A DNA stretch of 64,000 nt, taken from Dehalococcoidia bacterium (GTDB lineage: Bacteria; Chloroflexota; Dehalococcoidia; Bin125). A program made the translations under genes and the position numbers. The stretch is taken from positions 1 through 64,000 of the forward strand of contig CAXXSR010000002.1 of assembly GCA_963662615.2 (NCBI GenBank), given 5' to 3'. Below the pieces are notes generated by a model, which worked only from the letters and a program-made list of their open reading frames with translations, did not search any database and was not told where the DNA came from. Positions 50,654 through 61,240 of the stretch are shown here, one piece after another (position 1 is the stretch's first letter; every line of letters starts with the position of its first letter).

Positions 50654-52939
50654 CTACTCCTCGGCGAGGATCGTCTTCTCCAGGATCGCACGCGGCGACA
50701 TGGGCAGCTTGTTCATGCGCACACCAATGGCGTTGTTGATGGCGGCGTGGAGCGCCGGCGCCGGCGGGATGATGGGCACCTCGCCAACGCCGCGAACGCC
50801 GTACGGATGGCCCGGATTGGGCACCTCGGCCAGGATCGTCTCGATCATGGGGAGGTCCAGCGCCGTCGGCGTGCGGTAGTCCAGAAGGCTGGAGTTGAGC
50901 AGATGGCCCTCGTCGTCGTAGAAGTACTCCTCGTTGAGCGCCATGCCGATGCCCTGCGCAGCGCCGCCCTGCACCTGTCCCTCCACGTAGGAAGGGTGGA
51001 TGGCGATGCCCGGGTCCTGAACGGCCGTATAGCGCAGGATTTCGACCTTGCCGGTCTCCGGGTCCACTTCCACGTCCACAATGTGTGTGGCGAACGCCGG
51101 TCCGGAGCTGGTCTTGTTGGTGTCCGCCCGGCCGGTGACCCGGCCGCCGGTATCGGGCAACTGGGCGGCGATCTCCTTGAACGTGAAGGAGCGCTCCTTG
51201 CCGTCCTCATCCTTGGGGCCGCGGATCACGCCATCGTCGCCATAGGCCACGTCGGCCCGCTCGCACTCCCAGATCGCCGCGGCCCGCTCTTCCAGCAGGC
51301 GGCGCACGTCCAGCGCCGCCTCATGGGCGGCCCAGCCACCGGCAAAGGCCGTGCGGCTGCCGCCGGTCACAAAGGTGTAGCCCACCGAGTCCGTGTCCAC
51401 GATCTGCGGCTTGACGTCCTGCGCCGTGATCCCCAGCGTCTCGGCCAGCTGCATGGCAATGGCGACTCGCGTTCCGCCGATATCCGGGGAGCCGAGGGAG
51501 AGCGACACCGTGCCATCCGCGTTCACGGCAACAATGGCGCCCGATTCCTGGCCAATGTTGAACCAGAAGCCGGATGCGACGCCGCGGCCGCGGTTTTCAC
51601 CCGTCAGCTCAGACCTATAGTGGGGGCTGTTCTTCGCGGCCTCCAAGACCGCCACGTTGCCAATGATCCCGAACTTGTAGCCGTCCGCCCGTGTCGTGCC
51701 TTCCACGGAGGCGTTCTGCAATCGCAGCTCAATGGGGTCCATGTCCAGCTTCTCAGCCAGCTCATCAATGACGCACTCTGAGGCGTACTCCGCGGCCGGG
51801 GCGCCGGGAGCGCGGTAGGCCGAGACCCGAGGCTTGTTGACGAAGACCTCGTACCCGTCCACGCGCTGGTGGGGGATCTTGTACGGAGCGAACACCGCCA
51901 TGCAGCCGGGCATGATCGGTGCGCCCATGTAAGCGCCCGCCTCGTAGGCGAGGTAGGCCTCCGCCGCCACGATGGTCCCGTCCTTTTTCGCGCCGATCTT
52001 GATGCGGTCGTAGGTGCCGCAGGTCGGGCCGGTCCCCTGCAGCACGTCCGTGCGGCTCATGTACATCTTGACGGGCCGGCCGCTCTTCTTGGACAGCAGC
52101 GCCGCGATCGGCTCCAGGTAGGAGTGGATCTTGCCGCCGAAGCCACCGCCGATCTCCACGGGCGAGACCTTCACCTTAGAGACCGGCAACTGCAGGATCT
52201 TGGCGGTAGTGTCACGCATCCCAAAGTTGCCCTGGGTGCTGGTCCAGATGGTCACTTCGTCGTCTTTGTTCCAGAACGCGCTGCCGTTCTGGAGCTCTAT
52301 GTAGCCTTGGTGGACCATCGTCGTCTCGAACTCGCGTTCGATGATCACGTCCGCCTCGCCGAAACCGGCCTCAACGTCCCCGACTTCGTGGTGGATGTGC
52401 ATATTGACGTTGGAGGGCTTGTCCGCGCCTTGACCCATGCTCTCCGGCGCTTTCACGCCCTCCTGCAGGATCGGCGCGTCGTCCAACATCGCGTCGCGAA
52501 CGTCCAGGACAAGGGGCAGCAGCTCGTACTCCACCTTGATCAGCCGCAGCGCGTCCTCCGCAATATGTTGGTCCGTCGCACAGACGGCCGCCACCGCATG
52601 GCCCTGGTAGAGCACCTTGTCGGACGCCATCAGGTTGTCGCGGTACCAGCGGAACTTGACCACGAACGGCCCAAAGTTCGTGACGCGCTCCTCATCCTCG
52701 TCGGGAGGGAAATCGGCGGCGGTGATTACCGCCTTGACGCCGGGCAGCGCCGCCGCCTTGGACGTGTCGATCCGCTTGATGCGCGCATGCGCATGGGGAC
52801 TGCGGAGCATGCGCCCATAGAGCATCCCCGGCAGGCGGATATCCGCGCCGTACTGCGCGCGTCCGGTCACCTTGTCAACGCCGTCGTGGCGGATCGGGCG
52901 GGTGCCAACAACCTTATACCGCCGCTCTGTGGTCACCAT
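50654..52939 (-). CDS. Xanthine dehydrogenase-family molybdopterin subunit (CoxL-like)
   Basis: DKVTGRAQY, RSPHAHA, GGGFGGK, AYRAPG, VEGQVQGG, GVGE. Confidence 0.93.
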   Translation of the reverse strand: MVTTERRYKVVGTRPIRHDGVDKVTGRAQYGADIRLPGMLYGRMLRSPHAHARIKRIDTSKAAALPGVKAVITAADFPPDEDEERVTNFGPFVVKFRWYRDNLMASDKVLYQGHAVAAVCATDQHIAEDALRLIKVEYELLPLVLDVRDAMLDDAPILQEGVKAPESMGQGADKPSNVNMHIHHEVGDVEAGFGEADVIIEREFETTMVHQGYIELQNGSAFWNKDDEVTIWTSTQGNFGMRDTTAKILQLPVSKVKVSPVEIGGGFGGKIHSYLEPIAALLSKKSGRPVKMYMSRTDVLQGTGPTCGTYDRIKIGAKKDGTIVAAEAYLAYEAGAYMGAPIMPGCMAVFAPYKIPHQRVDGYEVFVNKPRVSAYRAPGAPAAEYASECVIDELAEKLDMDPIELRLQNASVEGTTRADGYKFGIIGNVAVLEAAKNSPHYRSELTGENRGRGVASGFWFNIGQESGAIVAVNADGTVSLSLGSPDIGGTRVAIAMQLAETLGITAQDVKPQIVDTDSVGYTFVTGGSRTAFAGGWAAHEAALDVRRLLEERAAAIWECERADVAYGDDGVIRGPKDEDGKERSFTFKEIAAQLPDTGGRVTGRADTNKTSSGPAFATHIVDVEVDPETGKVEILRYTAVQDPGIAIHPSYVEGQVQGGAAQGIGMALNEEYFYDDEGHLLNSSLLDYRTPTALDLPMIETILAEVPNPGHPYGVRGVGEVPIIPPAPALHAAINNAIGVRMNKLPMSPRAILEKTILAEE

Positions 52940-52983
52940 GGCTTACCCCTTCCGGGCCGAACGTTCACGGCGTCCTGCTGCGA

Positions 52984-53460
52984 TCACGAGCCATTCTCGG
53001 CGGCGGTCCGCAGGACCGCGCGGACAATCTTGTCGTACCCGGTACAGCGGCAGAGGTTCCCGGCCAGCCAGTAGCGAATCTCCTGCTCGCTCGGCGTGGC
53101 GTTCTGATCCAGCAACGCCTTCGCGGCAATCAGAAAGCCGGGTGTGCAGATGCCGCACTGGAGCGCCGCCTCCTCCAAGAACGTCTGCTGCAGAGGGATC
53201 AGTTCCTCTTGTCGGGCCAGCCCCTCCACGGTGGTGATCTCCGACTCGTTGACCTCCGCTGCCATGACCAGGCAGGAGTTGACCAAACGGCCATCCAGGA
53301 TGACGGAGCAGGCGCCGCAGTTGCCGTCGTTGCAGCCTTCCTTCGTGCCGGTGAGGCCCACCCGCTCGCGCAGCGCTTCCAAGAGGCTGTCGCGCTCGTC
53401 GGCGAGGAATTCCATCTCCTCGCCGTTGATGGTGGCGCGTACAACAATCCGAGTGGTCAC
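52984..53460 (-). CDS. 2Fe-2S subunit (CoxS-like)
   Basis: GTKEGCNDGNCGAC, QCGICTPG, GNLCRCTGY. Confidence 0.95.
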   Translation of the reverse strand: MTTRIVVRATINGEEMEFLADERDSLLEALRERVGLTGTKEGCNDGNCGACSVILDGRLVNSCLVMAAEVNESEITTVEGLARQEELIPLQQTFLEEAALQCGICTPGFLIAAKALLDQNATPSEQEIRYWLAGNLCRCTGYDKIVRAVLRTAAENGS

Positions 53461-53464
53461 GGTG

Positions 53465-54334
53465 CTACCCCCCTCGAGCGCGGTCGGCGGCGGCGCGCAG
53501 CGTGCGCTCGGTCAAGACGGCCGCCAGGTGCTTGCGCTGCTTGATCGTGCCCCGCATGTCGTCAATGGGCCGCGCCGCGGCCCTCGCGGCGGCCGCGGCT
53601 GCGGCGATGCTCGCGTCGGTCAGCGGCTTGCCCACCAGCGCGTCGGCCGCTTTCTGAACGAGCAGCGGTGTGGGCGCTGTCGCCCCAATGGAAACTCGCG
53701 CCCAGGTGACGACATCGCCGTCGAGGCGTACCTGCGAGGCGGCATTGACGACGGCGATGTCCATCTCATTGCGGGGAATGAAGCGCAGGAAATGCGCCCC
53801 GCTGTTGGGCGCCGGCGGCGGGAAGTGGAGTGAGACCAGGAACTCGCCGGGCGCCATGACGTTCTTCCCGGGCCCCGTGCAGAAGTCCGCTACGGCCACC
53901 TCCCGAGTGCCGTCGGGCCCGGCGATCATGGCCGTCGCCTCCAGCACGATCATCGGCGGGATCGTGTCGCCGGAGGGAGAGGAGTTACAGAGGTTGCCGC
54001 CCAGACTGGCCCGACCCTGAATGCCCGTGCCGCCAATGAGCGAGGAGCAATCCACGAGGCAGGGGTAATGCTCCGCCACTGCCGGGTGGCCATAGATCTG
54101 GTAGCACGGCGTCGCCGCGCCCACCGTCAGGCCGGTGTCCGGGTCGAAATCGACTCGCAGGACCTCCGGGATCCCCTTGATGTCCACGAAGAGGTCCACA
54201 TCCATTCGCCGCTCTCGGGCCAGGACAATGAGGTCGGTGCCGCCGGCGAGGATGCGGGCCTTGGACCCGTTCTCGCGCAGCAGATCCAGCGCCTCTTGGA
54301 TGGTGGTCGTCCGTGCGTAGCTGACTGCCTGCAA
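53465..54334 (-). CDS. FAD-binding subunit (CoxM-like)
   Basis: LAGGTDL, ASLGGNLCNSSPSGD, PIDDMRGT. Confidence 0.93.
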   Translation of the reverse strand: MQAVSYARTTTIQEALDLLRENGSKARILAGGTDLIVLARERRMDVDLFVDIKGIPEVLRVDFDPDTGLTVGAATPCYQIYGHPAVAEHYPCLVDCSSLIGGTGIQGRASLGGNLCNSSPSGDTIPPMIVLEATAMIAGPDGTREVAVADFCTGPGKNVMAPGEFLVSLHFPPPAPNSGAHFLRFIPRNEMDIAVVNAASQVRLDGDVVTWARVSIGATAPTPLLVQKAADALVGKPLTDASIAAAAAAARAAARPIDDMRGTIKQRKHLAAVLTERTLRAAADRARGG

Positions 54335-54439
54335 GTCGTCCGCCTTCCTCGCCCGTTGAGCCTCAAGGGAGCATAACGCATTCCCGTTTGCCAGTGTAGC
54401 GAGCCGTATCCGGAGGACCAGGACACCGTGCGGCGTGGG

Positions 54440-55858
54440 CTAGCGGGCGGCGTCAGACCCCACGTCGTCCGGGGCGCCCGCCGCGCCGGGCCTGCAGGCG
54501 ATGCGTAAGACGAAATAGCCCAGGACCGCCGCCACCAGCGAGGCCGCAAAGATGCCCATCTTGGCGTTTTCCGCGAGCGGCGCGCCCGCGACCGTCTCGT
54601 CGAACGAGAGGGTGGCAATGAAGATTGCCACGGTGAAGCCGATCCCGGCCAGGAGCGCGACGCCAGCGATCTGTGACCAGCGGACCCCCGACGGCAGCAT
54701 GGCGACGCCGAGGCGGACAGCGAGGTAGGTGAAGCTGGAGACGCCGACGACCTTCCCGAGCAGCAGGCCGGCGGCGATTCCTATCGCGACATCCGATCCC
54801 GCAGCGTCGGGGATCCTCCCGCCCCCCAGGTCGATTCCGGCGTTCGCCAGGGCGAAAATGGGGACAATGAGGAAAGCGCTCCAGGGCTCAACCACCCGCT
54901 CCAGCCGCTCCAGTGGGCTCTGCGACTCGCGGCTGAACTCCTCTATGAGACGGAGCGCTTCGCCCGCCTCCTCCTCCCGCACTAGACCAGGCTCCATCTG
55001 CTGCGCTGCGTCCAATTCCTCTAGATGGACGTGCAGTGTGGGGTCCAGGCGCGCCCGGTTGTAGAGCGGCGCCGCCGGCGTGAGGAGTCCCAGAACGACC
55101 CCTGCGATCGTCGCCGCCACTCCGGATTCGAACACACAGAGCCAGAGCCCGAGCCCAGCGATGAGGTAGACGGGGATCGGCCGGACGCCGGCGAGGTTCA
55201 TTGCCACGATGAGCCCCACCATCCCCAGGGCGGCTCCCAACCAGCCCACGGAGATGTCGTTGGTGTAGAAGAACGCAATGATGGCAATCCCGCCCACGTC
55301 GTCGGCCACGGCCAGCGTAAGCAGGAACACCTTGAGCGGCGGCGGAACTCGGGGCCCGACCAGAGCCAGCACGCCCAACGCGAAGGCGATGTCGGTGGCC
55401 ACGGGAATGCCCCAGCCGTCCGCGCCCTCACCGCCGGCGTTGAAGGCGGTGTAGATCAGCGCCGGCACGATCATGCCGCCCAGCGCGGCCATCACCGGCA
55501 GCGCTGCCTGCCGGCGGTCCGCAAGCTCTCCCAACACCAGCTCACGCTTGATCTCCATGGCCACGACGAAGAAGAAGACGACCATGAGGCCGTCATTAAC
55601 CCATCCCTCCAGCGACTCCCGGAGGGTGAGAATGTCGAAGTCCAGGACGATCTCCGTGCCCCAGAGCTCTTCGTAGGCGCTGGAGGCCACGTTGGCCCAG
55701 ATCAGCGCGGCCAGCGCCGCAATCACGATGACGATGCCGCCGGCCGCCTCGATCTGGATGAAGCGCGCGGTCGGGCGGACCACGTAGCGCGGAATGGGTC
55801 CGGGGCCTTCCCGCCAGCGGGGCCGGAACCGATCGATCATGCGCGGTCCCTCGGACAA
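54440..55858 (-). CDS. nhaA: Na+/H+ antiporter NhaA
   Basis: WVNDGLM, EIKRE, GGMIVPA, ATDIAF, LAVADD, AGIGFT. Confidence 0.95.
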   Translation of the reverse strand: MSEGPRMIDRFRPRWREGPGPIPRYVVRPTARFIQIEAAGGIVIVIAALAALIWANVASSAYEELWGTEIVLDFDILTLRESLEGWVNDGLMVVFFFVVAMEIKRELVLGELADRRQAALPVMAALGGMIVPALIYTAFNAGGEGADGWGIPVATDIAFALGVLALVGPRVPPPLKVFLLTLAVADDVGGIAIIAFFYTNDISVGWLGAALGMVGLIVAMNLAGVRPIPVYLIAGLGLWLCVFESGVAATIAGVVLGLLTPAAPLYNRARLDPTLHVHLEELDAAQQMEPGLVREEEAGEALRLIEEFSRESQSPLERLERVVEPWSAFLIVPIFALANAGIDLGGGRIPDAAGSDVAIGIAAGLLLGKVVGVSSFTYLAVRLGVAMLPSGVRWSQIAGVALLAGIGFTVAIFIATLSFDETVAGAPLAENAKMGIFAASLVAAVLGYFVLRIACRPGAAGAPDDVGSDAAR

Positions 55859-56183
55859 GATGCCTCCCCTAATGACAAAACGCGTCCAGCTCGGTTACGG
55901 CACGTGCGGAAGGGGTCAACGGACCGCGGCGCGCCGCAATGTAGCGTAGAGGGCGCTCTGACTGGCGTCATCCAAGCGGGATGGCGTGCAGTCGCAGCAC
56001 GAGCGCCTTGGGGGGTTCCCGGTCGTCGCCCGTCCAGACCGAATAGGCGATGTGGATCGAGGCGGTCTCTTCGTACGCTGAGATGGCAGAATCGCTGGGC
56101 GACAGCGGCAGCCGCAAGCCGCAACAGGGACAGCCACCGCTGACCGGCCCAACCCGCTCACCGCTGATGCTGAACTGGCCGAC

Positions 56184-58403
56184 ATGACCGAGACCGCGAT
56201 CGCCACCCTGCTGGTCGAAGACAACCGCCTGGACGCCAGGCGGATTCAGCAGCACCTGGATGCGTCAGAAGGTCCCCAATTTGACGTCTCCCATGTCATG
56301 GAACTCAAGGACGCCATTGAACTGCTCCGCAGCCGCTCTTTCCAAGTCATCCTGCTGGACCTGGTTCTGCCCGACAGCAGCGACCTGCGCACGGTGCGGC
56401 GCATGCTCGCGCACTGCGGCGAGACGCCGGTGGTGGTGCTGACGAACCTGAACGACGCCAGCGTCGCGAAGGCCGCGGTGCGCGAGGGGGCCCAGGACTA
56501 TCTGCCCAAGGCGAAGCTCTCCGCGGATGAGTTGATCCGCTGCATCCAATACGCCATGGAGCGGCAGGAGCTGGTCCGCAACCTCCACACCTCGGAGCGG
56601 CGCTGGCGGCGCGCCATGACGCTGACTCGAGACGCGATTTGGCAGATCGACGGCGACGGCAAAGTCATCTTTGCCAATGAGGCGATGTGCGATCTGCTGC
56701 GGCGGGAAGCGCATGAAGTGCTGGGGCAGCCGCTGGTGGACTTCATCGCCGGCGAGGATCGGGCAGCGCTTGACGAGGTGCAGGCAGAGCTCCGAGAGAC
56801 AGGCTCCAGCCGCTTCCAGATCCGCATCATTCGGGGGGACGGCGCAACCCTGCCCATCTCCACCACCGCCACTGATCTCGGCGACGGCACCTACAGCGGC
56901 ATCTGTCGCAACATCTCCCAGTGGCTGGAGACGCAGGCGGCGTTGCGGGCCAGCGAGCGGCGCTACATGAGCATCCTGGAGTCCACATCCGACGCCATTG
57001 TCACCGTCAACGCCCAGCAGCAGATTGTGCTATTCAACCGAGCGGCGGAAGAGATGCTCCGTGTGCCGGCAAGCCAGGCGCTGGGACAGCGGCTGGACAT
57101 GTTCATCCCCCTCGATCTGCCAGCGGGCGACGGAGGCGCCGTCGCGGACGTCAAGGCCGGCGCCTCCGCTCCACGCGCGCTGCCGCAGCGCCGCACCGTG
57201 ACCGCGCGACGCGCGGACGACACAACGTTCCCCGCGGAGGCCACGGTCTCTCCCGTCAGCGGGGGCGATCAGCCGCTCTTTACCGCGATCGTCCGCGACA
57301 TCTCCGAGCAGGAGAAAGCCCAGCGCGCCCTGCGGGCGACGACGGCGCGGTTCCAGGCGATGATCGCGAACGCTTCCGACCTTGTGGCGGAACTCGATCT
57401 GGGCGGACGCTTCACATTCGTGAGTCCCAACCACCAAGCCATCCTCGGCTACGAACCGACTTCGTTGATCGGCCGCGCCGTCCAGGACTTGGTCCACCCC
57501 GCCGACCAAGAGGAGCTGGCGAGTTGCCTGGAAGCGCTCCAGGGCGGGGCGAGCGGGTTCGGCGCCACCCTGCGACTGCGCCACGAGTCCGGGGACTGGC
57601 GCTGGTTCGAAGGCAGCGGGGTGACGCTGGCCACGGAAACGGGCGAGACCCGCATCGTGACGGTCAGTCGCGACATGACCGCCCGGATCGAGGCGATGGA
57701 ACGGCTGCGCGAGTCCGAGACTCGCAACCGCCTTTTGCTGGACGCGGCCCCGGACGCGATCTGGATCCTCACGCAGCGACACCGCTACGAGTACGTGAAT
57801 GAGGCGGCCTGCCGGCTGTTTCAGCGAGCCCGCGAAGATTTGCTGGGCCAGCCGATCGCCGAGTGCCTGGATCCCACCGGCTTGGAGCCGCTGCGCCAAG
57901 GCCTGCAGCAGCTTCGCGAGGCGGGTACCGCCACGTTCCTGACGCATGTCCGACACCGAGACGGCTCCACCGTGGCTGTGGAGATTCACGCGGCGAGCCT
58001 TGGCAATCAGACGTACCAGTGCGTGGCCCGTGACGTCAGCGAATGGCTCAACGAGGAGCGGGCGCGGGAAGCCTCCGAGGGGCGCTACCGCCGCGCCATG
58101 GAGCAGGCGACGGAGGCCATTTGCATCCTTGATCAGGACGGCCGCATCACGTTCGCCAACTCCACGGCATCGCAGCTGCTGGAACGGGAGCGCCAGGAGT
58201 TGGAAGGGCGCTCCATCTTCGATCTTGTCCCCAAGGAGGAGCACGGCCGGCTGCGGGAATCGTTGGCGCGGATCGAATCCCACGGCGAATCGCTGTTCGC
58301 CGCCCCGTTCCACGGCGACGGCGGCATCACCGTGCTGGAGGTGGAGAGCGTGCGCCTCCCAGACGGCGGCTGCCAGGCGTTCCTGCGCGCGGCCAGCGAA
58401 TAG
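56184..58403 (+). CDS. Receiver domain plus multiple PAS domains, no output domain
   Basis: LLVED, LLDLVLPD, GAQDYLPK; about five PAS/PAC repeats up to the stop. Confidence 0.85.
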   Translation: MTETAIATLLVEDNRLDARRIQQHLDASEGPQFDVSHVMELKDAIELLRSRSFQVILLDLVLPDSSDLRTVRRMLAHCGETPVVVLTNLNDASVAKAAVREGAQDYLPKAKLSADELIRCIQYAMERQELVRNLHTSERRWRRAMTLTRDAIWQIDGDGKVIFANEAMCDLLRREAHEVLGQPLVDFIAGEDRAALDEVQAELRETGSSRFQIRIIRGDGATLPISTTATDLGDGTYSGICRNISQWLETQAALRASERRYMSILESTSDAIVTVNAQQQIVLFNRAAEEMLRVPASQALGQRLDMFIPLDLPAGDGGAVADVKAGASAPRALPQRRTVTARRADDTTFPAEATVSPVSGGDQPLFTAIVRDISEQEKAQRALRATTARFQAMIANASDLVAELDLGGRFTFVSPNHQAILGYEPTSLIGRAVQDLVHPADQEELASCLEALQGGASGFGATLRLRHESGDWRWFEGSGVTLATETGETRIVTVSRDMTARIEAMERLRESETRNRLLLDAAPDAIWILTQRHRYEYVNEAACRLFQRAREDLLGQPIAECLDPTGLEPLRQGLQQLREAGTATFLTHVRHRDGSTVAVEIHAASLGNQTYQCVARDVSEWLNEERAREASEGRYRRAMEQATEAICILDQDGRITFANSTASQLLERERQELEGRSIFDLVPKEEHGRLRESLARIESHGESLFAAPFHGDGGITVLEVESVRLPDGGCQAFLRAASE

Positions 58404-58414
58404 GGGCCGGACCC

Positions 58415-58819
58415 ATGTTCACACTTGCCTGCGACGTCTGCGAAGTGGCCATCAAGGAGACCGGTTACGTCTGTGACATGGTGGAAGCGAAGCTGGTTTA
58501 CGGGGAAGATACCGTCCCCCGCGTGACGGAGCGCGGCCAGATCCTCTTCCTCTACCTCTGCGGACGCTGCGCCGCTCAAGTGCAGCGCAAGATCCACACG
58601 CTGCGCGCGCGGGCGGCGGGGGCCCAGCTGACTGCGGTCGCGCCCGGCTCAGCCGCCGCCGCCCGCCCCGCGTATCGCTGCCCGGGCGTTGCGGTCAGTT
58701 GGAGTCGGCGGCGGCCGGTTCCTACCCCTTGCGCAAGCGCTTCGCCGCTTCAACCATGCCGGTCACGCTGGCCTGCACTTCCTCCCACCCGCGCGTCTTC
58801 AGGCCGCAGTCCGGGTTGA
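58415..58819 (+). CDS. Small CxxC...CxxC protein (true 3' end may be near 58631)
   Basis: CDVC...CGRC; the tail overlaps metE and looks non-coding. Confidence 0.5.
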   Translation: MFTLACDVCEVAIKETGYVCDMVEAKLVYGEDTVPRVTERGQILFLYLCGRCAAQVQRKIHTLRARAAGAQLTAVAPGSAAAARPAYRCPGVAVSWSRRRPVPTPCASASPLQPCRSRWPALPPTRASSGRSPG

Positions 58820-61007
58820 CCCAGAGTTGCTCGGGGGAGAGGACCGTGAGCGCCTTGCGCAGCAACCTCTCCATCTCATCGACGGACGGCACCTGCGGCG
58901 AGTGGATGTCATACACACCGAGGCCAATCTCATTCGGGTAACGGAACCGGGCGAACGCATCCAGCAACTCCATCTGCGATCGTGACGCCTCAATGGAGAT
59001 GACGTCCGCATCCAGCCGCGCGATCGCGTCAATGATGTCGTTGAACTCGCCGTAGCACATGTGCGTGTGGATCTGCGTCTCGTCACGCACGCCGGCGGCG
59101 GCCAGGCGAAAGGCGTCCACGGCCCAGGCCAAATAGGCGTCCCATTCGTCGCGCCGCAGCGGCAGCCCTTCTCGCAGCGCCGGCTCGTCGATCTGCATGA
59201 TGGCGAACCCCGCCGCTTCCAGCTCCTGCACCTCATCCCGGAGCGCCAACGCGATCTGTCGCGCCGTCTCCGAGCGCGGCTGATCGTCCCGCACAAAGGA
59301 CCATTGCAGGATCGTGACCGGGCCCGTCAACATCCCCTTCACCGGCCGCGACGTCAGCGACTGCGCGTAGCGCGACCAGCGGACCGTCAGGGGCTCCGGC
59401 CGAGAGACGTCGCCAAAGATGATGGGCGGCCGGGCGCAGCGCGAGCCGTAGCTCTGCACCCAACCCGCGGTGGTCACGGCGACGCCGTTCAGCCGCTCGC
59501 CGAAGTACTCCACCATGTCCGTGCGCTCGCACTCACCGTGGACCACCACGTCCAGACCGATCTCCTCCTGAAAGCGGATCGTCCGCTCAATCTCAGCCTC
59601 TAGGAAACGGTCGTACTGGCTCGCCTCAAGGCGGCCGGAGCGAAACTGCGCGCGGGCGCGCCGCACTTCCGGCGTCTGGGGGAATGAGCCAATGGTGGTG
59701 GTGGGGAAGCTTGGCAAGGGCAGGCGCGCGCGCTGCTGCGGCCGACGCTGCGGATAGGCGCTGGTGCGGAACAACATCTCGGCGGTCACGGCTTCCGCGC
59801 GCTCGCGCACCGCGGGTGACCGCGTCCGCTCGGAGCGACGGCGGCTATCGTGCGCCTCACGCCGCTCGCGCAGGGCGGCCGCCACGCTGCCCCGTCCCTC
59901 GTTGGCGGCGCGCGCCAAAAGCGCCAGCTCTTCCAGTTTCTGATTCGCGAAGCTGAGCCAAGAGCGCAATTCCGGGTCCAGCCCCGACTCTCCGGCCAGG
60001 TCCACCGGCACGTGCAGCAACGAGCATGACGGCGCCACCAGGACCCGCTCCGACCCCAGCGTCGCCACGGCGCGCTCCAGCAGCGTCAGCGTCCGATCCA
60101 AATCCGTGCGCCAGACGTTGCGGCCGTCCACCAGGCCCAAGGAAAGCGCGAACGACGCCGGCAGCGACGCCAGCGCCCGCTCCAGGAGCTGCGGGGCACG
60201 CACCAGGTCCAGGTGAACGCCGGCGAGCGGGAGCGCCAGCACGGCGTCCAGGTTCTCACGGAGATCGCCGAAGTAGGTGGTCAGGAGGAGGCGGAGCCGA
60301 GGGCTCACGGCGCTGAGCTTCGTGTAGGCGGCGGTCAACGCGTCTCGAGCCGCCGCCGGCACGTCCAGTACCAGAGCGGGCTCGTCCATCTGCACCCAGT
60401 CGGCCCCGGCGTCGGCGAGCTGCCCCAGCACCTCCTCGTAGACGGGTAGGAGAGCGTCGAGCAGGATCAGCGGCTCCCTCCCGTCAGCGGGAGCGTCGTG
60501 CCGCCACTTTCCCAACAGCAGATAGGAGACGGGCCCCAGAAGCTTGGGCCGCGTGTGAATCCCTACATCTTGCGCTTCTTGGTACTCGTCAACCGGCTTC
60601 GTGGATGCCAGCCGAAAGCGCTGCCCCGGTTCAAATTCGGGCACCATGTAGTGGTAGTTCGTGTCGAACCACTTCGTCATTTCCAGAGCGGGCACGGCCG
60701 CGGCTCCGCGGGCCATGGCGAAATACGTGGCCACATCCACCTGCGCCCCGTCCCAGCCAAAGCGGTCCGGGATCGCGCCCACCATGGCCGTCGTGTCCAG
60801 GACGTGGTCGTAGAGCGAGAAGTCGTTCGAGGGGATGTGCTGGAGGCCGCACTCCTGCTGCAGCCGCCAGTGGCTCACCCGTAGCTCGCGGCCGGCCGCT
60901 TCCAACTCGAGCGCCGTGCTCGTTCCCGCCCAGAAGCTCTCCAGCGCCCTCTTCAGTTCGCGCTTGGGCCCAATGCGGGGATAGCCCAGATTCGTGGCCA
61001 GGACCAT
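58722..61007 (-). CDS. metE: Cobalamin-independent methionine synthase
   Basis: LGYPRIG, MTKWFDTNYHY, TTTIGSFPQT, IHTHMC, WVNPDCGLKTR. Confidence 0.97.
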   Translation of the reverse strand: MVLATNLGYPRIGPKRELKRALESFWAGTSTALELEAAGRELRVSHWRLQQECGLQHIPSNDFSLYDHVLDTTAMVGAIPDRFGWDGAQVDVATYFAMARGAAAVPALEMTKWFDTNYHYMVPEFEPGQRFRLASTKPVDEYQEAQDVGIHTRPKLLGPVSYLLLGKWRHDAPADGREPLILLDALLPVYEEVLGQLADAGADWVQMDEPALVLDVPAAARDALTAAYTKLSAVSPRLRLLLTTYFGDLRENLDAVLALPLAGVHLDLVRAPQLLERALASLPASFALSLGLVDGRNVWRTDLDRTLTLLERAVATLGSERVLVAPSCSLLHVPVDLAGESGLDPELRSWLSFANQKLEELALLARAANEGRGSVAAALRERREAHDSRRRSERTRSPAVRERAEAVTAEMLFRTSAYPQRRPQQRARLPLPSFPTTTIGSFPQTPEVRRARAQFRSGRLEASQYDRFLEAEIERTIRFQEEIGLDVVVHGECERTDMVEYFGERLNGVAVTTAGWVQSYGSRCARPPIIFGDVSRPEPLTVRWSRYAQSLTSRPVKGMLTGPVTILQWSFVRDDQPRSETARQIALALRDEVQELEAAGFAIMQIDEPALREGLPLRRDEWDAYLAWAVDAFRLAAAGVRDETQIHTHMCYGEFNDIIDAIARLDADVISIEASRSQMELLDAFARFRYPNEIGLGVYDIHSPQVPSVDEMERLLRKALTVLSPEQLWVNPDCGLKTRGWEEVQASVTGMVEAAKRLRKG

Positions 61008-61186
61008 GCCTGCTCCTCCGCTCTCCCGGCGACCCCAACTCCGCGACCATGACAGGGGCAGCGGCACTCGGGGCCCAGTGTAAAGGGCCGTCCCTGCCGA
61101 CGGCGTCCGCTAGCTGACAATCGTCCCCCGACCGGGGCGGCGCCCTCCCCGTGGCAACCGCCGCGGCGACGCGCCGCGCATACGAA

Positions 61187-61218
61187 CGAGGGCCCGACGG
61201 AATCCCGTCGGGCCCTCG
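61187..61218 (-). terminator. Hairpin downstream of the MCP gene
   Basis: CGAGGGCCCGACGG-AATC-CCGTCGGGCCCTCG. Confidence 0.7.
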
Positions 61219-61240
61219 CAGCATCCGTCTCTAACCGACG

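Noticed and set aside
50654-52939. Aerobic CO dehydrogenase form I
   Set aside because: The active-site loop is AYRAPG, not AYxCSFR; substrate unknown.
61010-61185. SAM or cobalamin riboswitch upstream of metE
   Set aside because: No recognisable B12-box or S-box core by eye; needs an Infernal/Rfam scan.
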